NCBI GenBank assembly: GCA_030141605.1
Contig: JAQGDQ010000006.1
Coordinates: 1,054,001 to 1,118,000, forward strand
Length of the DNA: 64,000 bases
Reading direction: 5' to 3'
Source of the DNA: Tubiluchus corallicola
Taxonomy: Eukaryota > Animalia > Priapulida
A model generated the notes under the pieces. It was given only the letters and a program-made list of their open reading frames with translations, made no database searches and was not told the DNA's origin. A program made the position numbers and the translations under genes. Below, piece after piece: positions 1-14,355 of the stretch. Each line of letters begins with the position of its first letter. The first letter of the stretch is position 1.

Positions 1-2044
1 AAATCCATACTGTGTGTCATTTAATATGCTTTGTTTATGTAAATAATCTGTAAGTTGCAAAGACACACATTTCTCAATAATTTTCGAAAAACATGGCAGT
101 AATGAAATGGGCCTATAATTATTTATACAGTGTGGATCATCAGCTTTATGAATAGGAACTATTATGGACTGCTTTAGCTTATTAGGGACAATTCCAGAGG
201 TAAGTGATAAATTAATAATATGGGTTAAAGGTATGGCAATATATTCAATAATATCAAGCATTATTCTGGGAGAGAGCTGATCAATACCGGTACTTTTATT
301 TGGGTGGAATGACTTGCAGATTCTAATGATTTCATCTTTAGTTACAGGTTGAAAGAAGAAGGAATGTGGGTAATTTCCTTTAAGATAAGAATTTGGGTCA
401 GTATTTGTAGGTTCAATGTTGTTTGATAATAAAGGGCCAATGTTTACAAAGTAGTCATTAAAAGCATTAGCAATTATATTTTTGTCATTAGTTAAATGGT
501 CATTTACTTTTATGGAAGCAGGCAAGGATTCACGAGATTTATGCATCAATTCCTTCATTACATTCCAGGTTTTTTTTATATTATTTTGATAAGTTAGTAA
601 TTTCTGTTGATAATAGTTTTGCTTGGAAATTTTTATCAAATTAGTAAGTTGATTTCTGTACTGTGTATATTGTTCCTTGTTGATTTTGTTTTTAAGCACA
701 GATCGATAAAGTTTGTTTTTATGTTGAATGCTTTTTAACATAGCTTTAGTTACCCAAGGTTTTTTTATTTTAGGTAGTAATTGGTCAGCTGAAGTTTTAA
801 CATGAGTATGGTAAATATTGCTTAACATTTCATGAAATTTTTCATATGCTGAATCCGGATCATTATTATTTAATAGAATTTCGTTCCAACATATGCTTGA
901 TAAATCTGAAATAATTTTTCCTTTGACGTGTTCATTATATAAATTTTTTTTGATAAACTGTGTATCAGTTAAGTCTAGATTGAAATCAGCAATCATAAAA
1001 TTTGGTAAGTGGTCCGATATATCAGTCAATAAGTTACCAGCTATGTGATTATGTTCCAAGTTATTTATCCATATGTTATCTATGAGAGTGGCTGTGAGAC
1101 TAGTTATTCTTGTTGGTCGAGTAATAACAGGAAAAATAAAACTTGAAATCATTGTGTCTAAAAAGTAATTTGTGTCATTGTGGGTAGCATGATTTAATAA
1201 ATTTATATTGAAATCACCTGTAAGAATTAAGTGTTTAGATTGGCAATTTAATGAATTGAGTATTGTTGTAAGTTTGTCAATAAACGTTACAGGATTTTCA
1301 CCTGGTGGTCGATAAATAACGCCTATTATAATATTTTTAGTTTGAACACAATTAATCTCTATAAATAATGATTCCATATGTTTATCAGAAATGGGAAATA
1401 AATATGGCAACACCACCACCAGCTTTATGTGTACGATTATTGTATGCTAATTTGTAGCCTGGTAAGTTACATAATATGCCATGTTCCTCAGCTGACCATG
1501 TTTCAGTTAATGCAATAATTGAATATTTAATATTGAGTAACTGAAGATAGGCACATAAGTGATCATAATTTTTTTGTAAACTACGCACATTTAAATGTAA
1601 AACGGACAGAGGAGATTTAAATTTTAAATTGTTAATTAGAGAGTTGAATTGTTGGTCATCATAATATTTGCTGGCTTTAATACTATTTAGTCCGTTAAAA
1701 TAATGTTGATCTGGATCCAGATCAGTAATGGGCAGAGAGTCGAATATGTCATTACTTTCAAATAGATTTAAATTAAGTAATTTATTGTCTATTATATATC
1801 CAATATTGGAATACCTAGTGATTAATTTGAATTCGTCGTCATCAGTGATATTGTTAAAGGGGAGAATAGTTTGCAGACAAAAGTGACAGAACCAGTTATT
1901 ATTATTGTTAGTTAAATTGTTGTAATCGGTCAAAGTTAAATTTGTACATTTAAGATGCATCCATTGCTCACAGCAATTGCAAAACAGTCCAAGTTGGTTA
2001 TTTTTAACAGGTTTAGTACATGATGAACATGGAAATTTAGTCAT
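1..2044 (-). mobile_element. Non-LTR retrotransposon (CR1/L2-type LINE): PHD finger + AP-like endonuclease + start of reverse transcriptase, one frameshift; runs off the window edge
   Basis: ORF 1385-2137 has a PHD finger (CSSC..CNCC.QWMH.KC..WFCHFC) and endonuclease motifs (HLNVRSL, IALTETW, GGGVAIF). After a frameshift near 1390, one frame gives MESLFIEI..GVIYRPPG, LTGDFNINL, SDHLP, NYRPISLLPCFSKIIEK and QYGF at the edge. Likely ATG at 2044. Lies in an intron of the adenylyl cyclase gene. Confidence 0.93.
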
Positions 2045-3767
2045 GATGATGATGAAAATGATGTAATATGATAAAAAATAAGAAAAAAAACAACAAATTA
2101 ATGAGTATGGGGTCAGAAGTAAAAAAAATGTAGGCATATGTGATAATCTGGAGTTGAAGTGTTTACATGAAAAAGTAAGGTTCTACGACATGAAAAATGC
2201 TTGTACAGATAGGAGAAACAGGATTTTTCGTAGCAGCTATCAATCCATTTACTGACTAGGCTCAGTGATGGTTAAATCGGTCAATAAGCATGTGCACTCA
2301 GCTATTTCTCCTTACTGTTTAAGTAGGCCTATCCTTTCTGGTATGCATCCAATTATATTTATTCATTTTTGGAACTACGCTGCAAGAATGTAAAAAAATT
2401 CACGAAGTCACTCCGTCAGCATGACTTTGACCTTTTAAGTTTTAGCCTGAAAGGCAAAGTGGTGAACTACAGTATAAACCAAATATATTGTTTGTGAAAA
2501 AGTCCCGTTAGGTTGATAATTGATTTGTGTTAGCCTTCGCATTTCATCTAACCCCAAAATCCGTTCATTCTGTTGGTAGCCCCTCATTAACCTTGAACGA
2601 CTTGTATTTTTTCATTTATGTGGATATAAAGTTTGCACATTTAATTCAAAATCGTGTTTACATTCTAGCAACGGAAAGATAGATGCCCAGGAAGTACATA
2701 TGAAGTGCTTACGTTAGAAGATATCATCCACTTCTTTTAAATGTGGAAAAACGTTACAGTTGACGTAAAAAATGCAAGATCCACTTAGTAACTTTCGTGA
2801 CTTTTGACAATTACTGTTGGATAACTTCAGGGCTATCTGATCAAAGTTTTATCAGTGTTGTAAAATCTTGGGCCTCCTTACAGGTGACTGCTTCACCAAA
2901 ATTTTAGGCTAACAAAAAAAAAACAGTAGCAGAAAAAGCGGAATGCAGAAAGTATGTAAAAACTAAATAACACGCCGAGAGTTCAAAACAATATCGGCCA
3001 TACACGCATGATTAATACTTTACCGGATTGGTAAAACGACACACGCAGCATATAACAGTTTCGTAAATCTGGCATACTCTTAGAAAATTTGCGTTACTTA
3101 TAGAAGAGCATCAGCTTAAATTATATGCTTCATTTTGCTGTCACAGAATTATGTATACATATCATTATTATTTACACGTTGGTGTAGCTGACAGCACATA
3201 TTTTTTACATGTGTAATTAGAATACAACAACGGTTAACGAAGGAAGATTTGTTAGAAGAGTTCGTTTTACGAAAGATTGCAAATATATGTAAACACATTT
3301 CGTGCTGCTGCTCTCAGACAGCAAATTTAGACCTAATCCTTGCAGACCTAATCCACACAGTAACCACAAACCACAAACCAAGCAGGTGCAATCAGCTGTA
3401 AACGAAGCCAGACAACCGATAATCAAATACGTGTGTAGCAAGAGAGTAATTATACTAACGACAAATCTTAATGAAATTTATTCCTAGTTATGGAACAACT
3501 TAACAATCCGTCCCTACATTACTAGCACAATAATTCTTCATTATTTCTCCTTATCTAGAGCATGGACTAGCCTTTCTGAGCTAAAGATTAAGCATGTAGG
3601 TCTTCATAGTTTCCCTCCTAATACAGAAGAAACAGTTCTGAACTAGTGAGTGCAAATGACCGAAAATTGCCTCGAACAAAGAATTTTTTGTTAGTTTGGC
3701 TAGTCCTTCCTATTTTCTCATTCTTGGACATTTGTCCTACTCTCCTAAGCCTGTCTGTCCCTCCCTC

Positions 3768-3772
<5 letters not shown>

Positions 3773-3824
<52 letters not shown>

Positions 3825-3865
3825 TTCCTCCCTCTCTCCCTCTCCCTTTCCCTCTCTCTCTCTCT
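3773..3865. repeat. (CT)n microsatellite / polypyrimidine tract
   Basis: Direct reading; it explains ORFs 3618-3875, 3646-3867 and 3696-3950. Confidence 0.97.
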
Positions 3866-4955
3866 GAGAACTCATTTCTACAGTTTATATTCACTGACAA
3901 TCGAATACTCCATAACAAAAAATTCTGAGTGTCACAATAGTTACACTTAATCGTTTAATTATTTAAATCATTACGGATTTCTTGAACTCATAGCTATGAT
4001 TATTCAACATAAATATCTACACAGAAAACTGTGGTGGGCTATATATTAACTATGTATGTTCTGATATTGAATATCAATAAAACTCGTTTCCTTCTGCTCG
4101 TGTGCACGACAAATCTTAATGTCAACTCAGAGAAATTGACTAGCCCCTGCTGAATTATTGCCATGCAAAGGTAAAAAGCTGTCTAGCTAGTTGTTTACTT
4201 TACTTTAGTTTAACACAAAGCCACATTTTCGTTTGTTGACAGCAGCTCTTAAAATGAAAAGTTCTCCTCCTTATGCAGGACAAACATTTTAATTTATTAC
4301 ATTTTAATCCTACAACAGCTAGTCAAACGTTTTGTAGGATTTTGCTGATAGCACAACTAATCAGCATTAAATGCAGCACAATGACTGATGCTTAGACACC
4401 TACGCCACAGTATTTTGAATCATTAAAATTGAACCACCTTCTACAGTTATTTAATTCAGAAATGTCAAAAGTCAAAATTGTAGTATCATGTCCTAGGGAA
4501 CAGTAAACAGTATTTTTATTTCTTCCAGTTTATTCTAAACCAGAATAATGCTAACTAATTGCCACACAAAAAATGTGTGCACAATTTGCTTAAATTTACT
4601 TATGGAAGTCATACAAATCTATAAATGTAATAACAGTGCTTTATTATTAGCTAACTTTAAACACTTAATTGCAGGTACAAAGTTCAAATATTCTTATTAG
4701 TTTCTTTTGAACACGACTTTAGCTGTTATTACTGTAACCATTATGGTTTCTTGACCATTGTGTAATAAAATTATTATTGTGCAACAAAATGCTGCTTGAT
4801 TTTTTTTGTGAGGTTTTCACTTCTAAGTTTTTTATTATTGTCCAAATTTATACTAGTAAGCAGTTACACTGTGCTTCTACTTGCGGCTTGTGATTGATTA
4901 ATGTGGCTACAAACATGCCTGTGAACATAAATTCTTTTTAAACACAACCACTTAC

Positions 4956-5783
4956 CTGTTTCCAAAAAACAGCAGCTGGCTCGGTTGTCACACCAACCAT
5001 GCAGCCTACCTGTGCAGACATAAGAATAACTCCAAATGTGACAGCCATGTACATTTGAACAGGTAATAACGTGTAGCTCATGTAAATAAAAAACATTGTC
5101 TCCCAAACCCCACGTGACGGATGCAACGGGTCATAGGTCATAGTCACAACACAAACTATTACCAACATTACTATAAATAGTACCGAATAACAGATAACCA
5201 ATAAAAGTTCACTGAATGTGTCTCGACTGCAAAACACCTGAAGAACCACCAGGATCAGAAATATGGCACCAAACACACTTCCAATGATGACAGCTGGTGG
5301 TGTGGTACTGTGGTACCTTAAACCGTAATACAGACAAGTCAAACCAATGGTTAAAGCTATAAAAGTTGCCACCAGTGAGGAGAGACTGCTCTGATTCAAT
5401 CGGAGAAAGTAGCGTCTGTACAAGTTCTCAAGATTCTTACTGCGAAACTTTCTAGTTCGGAAAAGCTTGCACATTATTCTGGCAGCATCGCTGCAAGACA
5501 CATCTCCATCACCTAGCATTGATTCACCATCACTTGCTGGCTCTAGTCTCATGTTAACTACACTCCGCCTCTGTCGCACGTTCACCTGATGCTCATGTTG
5601 TAACTTAGCTCTCTCCCAAGCAGAAAGTTTCTTCTGAGGTGGTCCTCCATCAGAATTTTCATCTCCTACAGGAGCGACTCTAGCAGTGTGCTGACCTAAA
5701 GCCATCGGGTCTTGATGTGGTACCAGAGGTTTAAGAACTTTCAGCTCAACTTCCTTCCATGCCTGCTTTTTGGTAGTAACCAT
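4956..5783 (-). CDS. ADCY5/6: Adenylyl cyclase type 5/6-like, first large coding exon (cytoplasmic N-terminus + first transmembrane helices of M1)
   Basis: FRTRKFRSKNLENLYRRYFLRLNQSSLSSLV resembles the AC5/6 N-terminal motif (F.SKKF.S.KLE.LYQRYF..NQSSL). It is followed by hydrophobic helices, GVW..FFIY..YTLLPV.M..AV..G and FWKQ. Acceptor tttcag at 5822-5827, donor CAG|gtaagt after 4956. ATG at 5783 is the first in-frame ATG in the exon; an upstream coding exon cannot be excluded. Confidence 0.9.
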
Positions 5784-6048
5784 GGAGGAGGTGCAGCAAG
5801 GTTGCCAATAGCTCTGTACATCTGAAATACATGCAACAGATAAATTATTTTTTCTTATTAACATTTATATTAGCTTTATTATACGCGATCTCCATGTTTA
5901 TCTCTTAAACAAAAGTTAAACTGTAGCTACATCTCGCAGTTCACACACTTACTTTAACACACTCATAAATCATTATTATTCAATTGATAATATATGTAGC
6001 CCAGTGAACTAGCACAAAATATTATGAAAAAATACCATTCACACTTAC

Positions 6049-6356
6049 TCAGTATTAATGTGAACGTTATTGAGAAAAGAATCAGTTATTTATATAGCAT
6101 CAATTTTCTCAAAATTCTACATTGGGCAAATTTTACTAAATTTGTCACTGCCGTCACTATCAACTACACACGTGATAATTCCAGTGTTTAATATCAATTC
6201 CATCACATCTCAAAGTGGGCTAGACCTGACATTTACACCTCAGCGTTTAATGACTATAGCAATAATAAATTCTGTCAGGCATCAGGAACAAACATTAGAC
6301 CACTTCGGTCCAATTAATCATCCGGCATTATCCGCGTGCGCACGCCTCTGACGTGA
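6049..6356 (-). promoter_or_regulatory. Candidate promoter and non-coding first exon of the adenylyl cyclase
   Basis: Minus-strand donor gtaagt at 6048-6043. Local CpG cluster with palindrome GCGTGCGCACGC (6334-6345, NRF1-like) and TGACGTGA (6349-6356, CRE-like). Inferred from motifs only. Confidence 0.35.
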
Positions 6357-8059
6357 TGTATTCCAAATTCCAAGCGCAGACAAGCAGTTATTAAAGCGTA
6401 GCATTACCAAGAACCTGGCTTCACTAATCAAGAAGCTGTGACTTTAAAATTTAATCTTCAATAAGACTAAACAAAAGCTTATTCATCTACTAAACACTAG
6501 CGAACAACGTTAACTCACTGGCGAGTTTCAATTTTACTGTTACGGAGCATATTGCTTATTGTGAAGGGACATAACGCTCCCACACAACTATATCAGCCAA
6601 ACAAGTGAAATGAAGCCAAAACCGTAGCAACTGAATAAAAAGTGATTTAGCTAATATAACAGAATTATTGTACATGCAGATCAATAACTAATATTATAAG
6701 CTTTCAATAAAACCAAAAGAATTTACAGACACTTCCAGACTAGACTAAAGTTGAGTTAGGGAAGGGGTGAATTTAACTACATGCATTACATAATATGTAT
6801 GCAAAAGCAAACAAAAGCTAGCAATATTTATCATTGTTCTGAGTTTTGGTGTTGGTGGGGTGGTGCTTTCCGTGATGGTAGCGGCAATAACGGTGACAAC
6901 AATCAGGGACCAGAAAGATGATAGTGAAGATCATGCTTTATGACAATAGAGCTTTTGATGATGATAATAAGAAACCATAACTAAGAGACAATTAAATGAG
7001 TTGACAATGTTACACACAATGCGCATAATAATGTGAATAATTTATAACTTTGTCATTTGTAATTGTTCGAGAGCAATAATTATAATTGGTCATAATAATG
7101 TTTTAATTCTTATCTTTTTTGTTTTGTCAGTCTGACAAAATGGATCAGCGTTATGGTAATGGTCAAAATGAACCATTACATACCATAATTCAACATTTAC
7201 GTCTAACACCTCTATGCATGGCTTTATACATGTATTGTTAATTGTGTTTACAATGATGAGGCCCTGCTATATAAACAATTACATTGCTCGTTCGTTTAAT
7301 AGGAAGTTTTGGAATTATGTCACATGTACATGGTTTAATTCCTAGGAAAAATCTTAGCGGCTAATTGGGTAAATCTTGGTAGACACAGTACACTGAACAA
7401 ATAGAAGGAAGTTAAATTTGCGGTTTTTATTGCTTTTAGCTTCCTCAGCTGCAGACTTAATTAATTATATTCAGCTGTAACTGACAGATCCCGAGAGCAG
7501 GTTGCAGGAAGTCAACACAGCTAATCTGCCACTAGAGGTGTAAACAAGGAGAGCGCAACCGTTTAGTAGAGGAGGGTGATAAGGGACCGAGAGAGAAAGA
7601 AGATACATATAGAGCGGGATGGGAGTAGATATGAATGGAACAAGAATAAAATAAAAGCTATGGCGGTACATATGATGAAATTATGAGCTATTTTTTCCTG
7701 TTAAATGAATTTAATTAAGTACAAAATTCAGCTTTCCAGCTCACTGCGACAAAGAGGCACTAGTGTGGCCATACTTTGAATGATGAACTTTGGTTAGCTA
7801 GTGAACCGCTTCTAGAAGATGCCGGACTTCTGAGATTGATCACGATCTGCATTTGTTAGGGCTCACTAGGTAACATACGGCCCACTATGTAACAATACAG
7901 CATTATATAACAAAAATACTGCATTATTTAAATAACAAACCACATTTGCATTATGCAACTGTCGTCATAATGTAATAACTTTGCATTATTATGTAACAAT
8001 GGTTGTCTATGGTTGGGTCTTATCACGTTATCTAATTACTAGAACCGGTCAATCGCTTT

Positions 8060-8360
8060 CTGTACTGGCTGTGGGTATGGTCAGTCTGGTCTGTGGCCGG
8101 TCTATCAGGAATCTGATTTAACAGGCTATTAGAGGAGGCCGGTTTGCCTGAAGTATGTCCAAGTATGTGATATCTGCATTGTGGCTGGGGTTAGATCTGT
8201 GGCTGGTCTGTCTGAAATCTGATCTTTCAGAGGTCTGGTTTGTGGCTAATTTGTCCGATATCTGACCTATTAGAGATCTAGCGTGTAACTAGTCTTTGTT
8301 GGGCCTGGTCTGTCTGAGGTCTAACCTGTTAGAGGTTTGATCTGGCAGGATTTGATCCAA
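8060..8360. repeat. Degenerate minisatellite (ggYctgtctg...atctga units, roughly 40-60 bp)
   Basis: Repeated ggctggtctgtctgaaatctga / ggcctggtctgtctgaggtcta / ggccggtctatcaggaatctga variants. Confidence 0.6.
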
Positions 8361-11300
8361 TTAAACACAAATAAAAAAAAACTGAACCTAAATTAGTCCA
8401 TAGAAATTACACATCTGCGCAAAAACTTCCATTTCCTTTAATGGAAATTGTTTCTAGTGATAGATTTCAGGGATAAATGGGTAAAAGAATGTTCCCAAAA
8501 GCATGACCAAGAACTCCAGATCTGGACCATATCCCAAAAGGTCCTTTTTGGTTTGGGACCATTTGTCAAAAAAATATCTGTCAATTTTTGAATAATCGGA
8601 TACGTTTAAAGAAAATGAAATAGTCAACAACCTTGTAAATCACAGACAAAATAACTCAATCATTCCATTTGCTAATACAGTAAAACAGGTCAAAAAGATT
8701 TAGTAATAGTCAATAGAAATGCAATGGGAATCTAATAGTCAATAGGACCAGAACAATTCCATTTGAACCTAACATACAAAATACACATTCTAATAAAGAA
8801 AACTGGCACGTTTGCATAGAAACAGGATCATGTGGTTTAACTAACAAATCTAATAAAAGTAGATTGAAATGACATAGTAACATAACTAGCATCATATTCT
8901 ATATACATTGCAAGGTTGGAGCCATCATGACTGAGCCCACCTACGCGTCTGCAATAACAATTACCACATATTGGAATTCAAAATTGTATCTTACATACAA
9001 CTGTATTTACAAATTTATAACTCGAATCTATTTTTCCACTATTTTATCCAATTTTTTCCTTTAAATTAATGTCTGTGTAATGTGATTGTTGTACTTGTAA
9101 AGTCTGTGTAATGTGCTTTTTATGTCTTTTGGTTCCAACATGAGATGTGATAAATTTTGTTTAAGCTTTGTTTGAACATTTACATGTTATTTTATGTAGC
9201 ATCTTTATTTCACTCAAATACAGAATGTTTTATCAATCGTCAGTTTCTTACATTGACAAACCCGTCATACCAAACCCAGCTAAACTAAGACCTCTAACAT
9301 ATTTGTGCTCTGATAGACTATAGACTGTTGGAAATGGCATTCGAATTTTAATTAATAGTTAGTCTTTTACTACAACTTAAACGTACTGCAAATTTGAACA
9401 CAATTACAGGTTGTAGTAGAATAATTTAAAGCCATGTAAAAACTATCTTGTTCACTGATTTTACATATAAGGTGCAGGTTTACAGACTATTAAATCTCTT
9501 ATTTCATAAATAACAACCTTAAAATGATTCTTGAATGAATGCCAAACTAGTTTAGGTAAGCCTGGAGTATGAAGATCCCGATCAGGGAGTTTTTCCCCAG
9601 AAAACAGTTTCCATGTAGAGTAAGGTGTATATCTATTTTCCCACTATATCTGTGCACACTGGACAATAATTAGCTTTATTGATATGTTAAGTAAAACGCT
9701 AGTATAAGGTAAAGTGTGATTTTTTACACATGAAACGATACATTCACATTGTGCTAACTTATAATGTGTCGAAGTAAGTTGGTCATCATGTTTGAGAGCA
9801 ATAATTACAATTTGTCATAATGTTTTAATTCTGGTCTTTATGGTTTTATTCACAGCTAGAACCAAAGTGTAGACATTACAACAGCACTAAAGGAAATTCA
9901 CAGTTTCTTTCTAGCTTCTCTAACCCAAATTCGAGGCTCTGCCTTTAGACAAAAAGATAAAACAATTTCAACCTGATTGCTAAAGAAACAAAAAACTACC
10001 AAACCTACAGAGTCTTGACATAGACCTCAGGCAGACCAGACCCACATCTAAAACAGAGAGACTGATCAAGTATCTAGTCAACCTATCAAATTGTATATTA
10101 ATATTTCTTAACTAACTATCAGAAACAGTTATTTATCTTTGCAATAGTGATCAATAACAAGATTTCTTACACTTCAGTCTCCCTAACACAATACTTCAAA
10201 GCACTTGATTATAACATGTAACCATGGCAACAATAGATTGCTAATTTGTTTACAACAGGTGTTTGTGTGGAGCTTACTGACTTAGCTAATTAATTTAGTG
10301 GTAGGTAGGAGAAAAAGCAAAAGAAAACGTGGGTGTCTGAATCAAAAAGTTAAGACAATGAAAAGATTAAAAATCAAAAGAACGGTTACTTTCAAAACAT
10401 ACATCTACAAGAGAATTCTAGCAGAGAAATAATCTTGTAAGCCTTATAATGTTAATAAAAAGTTGATAAGGTCATTAAAGATATAAAATAGCACATACTG
10501 TGACTGTCAGACAGTGGAGTCACTATGATGAACATATTCATGTATGCAGATTATATATAATAAAACAATTATTTTTGTGCCCTTTTATTAAAAATGCACT
10601 TTAATTTTTGTCCTTAATTTCTCAATTACAAATAAGTTCACAGGCCATTACTGACTATGCTCTAACAGAACGCGAAAAAGTAAAAACACAATTGTTGGCT
10701 GTAGCTTACTTTCTCAAGATGAGTAAATCAAGCATACCCAAGTGTGACTATTTGACAAAGTTTCAATGAAATTAATAAAGGTATGAAGCTTGCCTATGCA
10801 GCTAACCTAAATCTTATAATACCTTCTGATCTGATATAAATGCGTTCTATCACAAACACCTGCTAGTGAGTTTCCAAGAATGTAAGGATTTCAAAGATTT
10901 CCGCTCGTTAACTGCATGTAGTAGAATCTCATAATTGTTCGTGTTTCACGAGCAGCTGATGACACTCCATTTGCTTGAAAATCCTTTAAACTCTCCGAAA
11001 GTAAAGTGACATCACATGCATAATACCTTTCATTACAGCTATTTACTTGGCAAAACCAACCCTTTGCGAGCATGTAGAAAATCTAATACCAAGGCTGTTT
11101 CCCAATGTTTAACTAATTTCGCTAATGTTATAAACTGCAGTTATTTGGGAATGTTGCTCAGCTTTTGTAGTCCACTTCACTCCACTTAGAAAGCATGTTA
11201 TTTCTCGTATAAACTCCGAGTCACATTAGTAGAGTGCCTACTGTTTCAAGTAATCCTAAATACAAAGCTCATACGAAGCATACTATTACAATGTCACAAA

Positions 11301-11856
11301 ACCTGAATGCTAATACTAATTATTCCCACCATTATAGCTCTAAAACCCTTTTTTACACATTTATGATACCGAATTCTATTACTTTTACATAAAAATGAAA
11401 AATAACATTCATGAGTATGTCTATTTACACATACAGATTTTGACATGTTACTGACAAATAGTAGAAACAAAATAGTGGCTATTACGGACTCTTCAGGAAT
11501 ACTAGGATCGATTTCACACACAGATGAAGATTGATCTTTGCAAACAATGTGCAGTCTGCAAATGTTGTAATAGTTATGATATAATAGGCAGAGAACTGCC
11601 ATTTACGCCATATGATTGAGGTCTGTGGAGTAGATCTTTGTGCGAAACTTTATCGAAAGCCTTAGATATGTAGTAGCCTCAGGTAGCTTTGGTGATCCTA
11701 ACGTCTGTTTTTATACTATGTTTGATTTATTTGTGTAATACTTGTATTTTATATTCGTCAGTGAGACTTAGATAATGGAGTTTTGAACATTATCAGTCGA
11801 GGTGTCACAATTAAATTCACATTGCAGTAAATCACATGGCAAAACATGTTGTAGTA

Positions 11857-11882
11857 CATACATACATACATACATACATACA
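11857..11882. repeat. (CATA)n microsatellite
   Basis: Direct reading. Confidence 0.9.
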
Positions 11883-14355
11883 CATATTAATACTACTAAA
11901 TTATTCCCATTTAAAGTCCTAAAACACGGATGTTTTCGGGTTTACCATATTTGTAGTTTACTTTACAATGTTTATTAAGGCTATCTTAGATGCCATTTTG
12001 AATTTTGGACAAAAAGCCTTAAAGAATAGTAACTTTTGGTACTCGATAAGTATAGCATGCATCCATTTTACTCAAATATATCTTCTGTACAGCGAATATA
12101 ATGCTTCAAGATTGCAAGCAGTTCTTGATGTATAATTATGAAAAAAATTAAAAATTACATTTACAAAATAATTAAAGCACTGAACTGCTGTTGACTGAGC
12201 CACATTACACATTCTGATTAACTGTCATTGCAGGGTGCGCAGATACAGTAGGCATGTACACAAAAAGAACACAAATAGATATATTTATAAATCCATTTTA
12301 ATGCAGCATCAGTGCCAAATTTAATTCCACGACTAAAATGTGCAAGAAAAATTTTTGTTTGATGCTCTTTATTGCAATTGAGTTTGAAATTCGCGGAAAT
12401 GCAACAATTCACCTGCAAAGCTTTTTCTGCTTTAATGAATCAGTAAAAATGATTGAATGTAGGCTTGTAAACTAAACCAGAGAGCTTGGCCAGGCTGAGC
12501 AAAGAAGTCAATAAAGATTGCCACTGGGTGCAGTTAGTGATTTATATAAATTGTATGTGTTATATATGGAAGTTACAAACAGTAATGAATTAATGTGATC
12601 TACAATACAATGTCTATATCTGTGCTACAAAGAGGGATAAGAGAATACAATGCGGTGCAGAGGCATAAAGACTAGCCATTTTGAAGCACAATAAGCATTG
12701 ATCATGTACTACAGTCAGTGTACAATTTTGCGCTATGTACCTATACTAGCCATCTAGCAATATCTGAATTGTGCACACAACTGAAAAGAACTGTGTTCTA
12801 AATAACTTATAGCAACAGTTGTAAATGTATTATAATTCTCGTGAGACTGTAACATTAGTTTTGGCATTAACAGTCACTAATTAAAATTAACAACTTCGGT
12901 CACTGAAATTTGTCCTTTTTATCTGTAAACCTATACTGCCAGGAAATGTATGCTGATACAGATGATTCAAGACGATGAAGCAATTCACATCTATTGTGTA
13001 AAAAGAGAAATTTTTGAACTCTATCAAATCACAAGTTCAAAAGCGAAACTGAGGAATCAATATTGATACTGAGGAAATACGGAGCAAATCCTTAATTCCA
13101 AGGTTTATAAACTTAAAAGACATATCCTAATTCAATTTGGTAAGACTTGCTGCAATATGATTGCCCCATAATTGAAATTTTGTGCAATTTCACGTCTATC
13201 TGTTATAATCAACCTGCAATTTTCCTCAAAATATGATTTACAACTTGAAAGTATAGGTTACCTTTAGTAAGCGTGTCGATGTTAGTTCTTCATCACAAGG
13301 CGTGTTTTTACATTAAAATGTGTCACAAAATGAATCTATAAGACTGATTTACTTAGCTCAGCACATCAATAGGAACATGCGCGTGTGTTATTGACTAGGC
13401 TAACTCACCTGAGCGAGTGTAGTCTGTGTTACCTGAGCACTGCTTTTGCACAATGGCTACATTAGTGACAGCTCATGGCAAAGGCGTGCTTTAAACTTAT
13501 ACGTAATACATTGTATTTGTATAAGTTATTTATATAAATGTAACCTTTAGTAACTGCATAAGGTGGCATTGTGGTTTCAGCTAATCTACAAAGTTACCCT
13601 TCCCACAAAATTTCTTTGATTAAGTAAATCCATTTGTAAGCATTGTTACTAAATTGGTCATGACGAGTGTTTGTAAACATGTAGATGACTTACTGGAACT
13701 GCTTAAAACTACAGCAAAGACAATTTAGATTTAATCTGAACAATAAAAATTTGCTACCACTATACACCATGCACAACATTGATGATATCGTATGATATAA
13801 CATGTCTGGTGTAAAAGTGTCACATACCTAAATGTATACTCAATTACTCATACACGTCACACACTTAAATATACAGTACCATACATGCAAAAATTTGCAT
13901 TTTCAATAGAATTTTTTTATATGGCACCTAATAACATAAATTTGATGTATGCACACAGGTCTGGAATTCAGAGTTAGATGATGAAGCCCTATCAGAAGAT
14001 ATTAAGTGGACTTACAGATGTACATAAAAAATCTATGAATCCTCTATGTCTAGGTGACACCATATGCAACACTGACATACCTCTTGTGCTATTTTCCTCT
14101 GCTCCTGAAAGACAGACATTTAAATGAAACACCATTGTTTGTAAACAAGCATAAAGCTCAAACATACTAAGTAATATGACAAGCGCCACATATGATCACT
14201 TTTGTCTCAAGCTTGTTAAACTTTGGTTTCAATGGGTAACTGGGTATGGGCCAGCAAATTATGTGGAAGCAAATAAAGTATGTGTTGCAGACCAAGACAA
14301 AACTCAATATGCTGGCTATTACTAAAAAACATCATTGCTTAGCCCATATGGAAGA

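Noticed and set aside
3618-3950. ORFs with RE/SL dipeptide runs
   Set aside because: Artefacts of the (CT)n microsatellite.
5784-5864. N-terminal part of the 308-aa ORF (MLIRKNN...)
   Set aside because: Starts at a non-ATG codon and crosses an intron acceptor at 5822; the 5' part is intronic.
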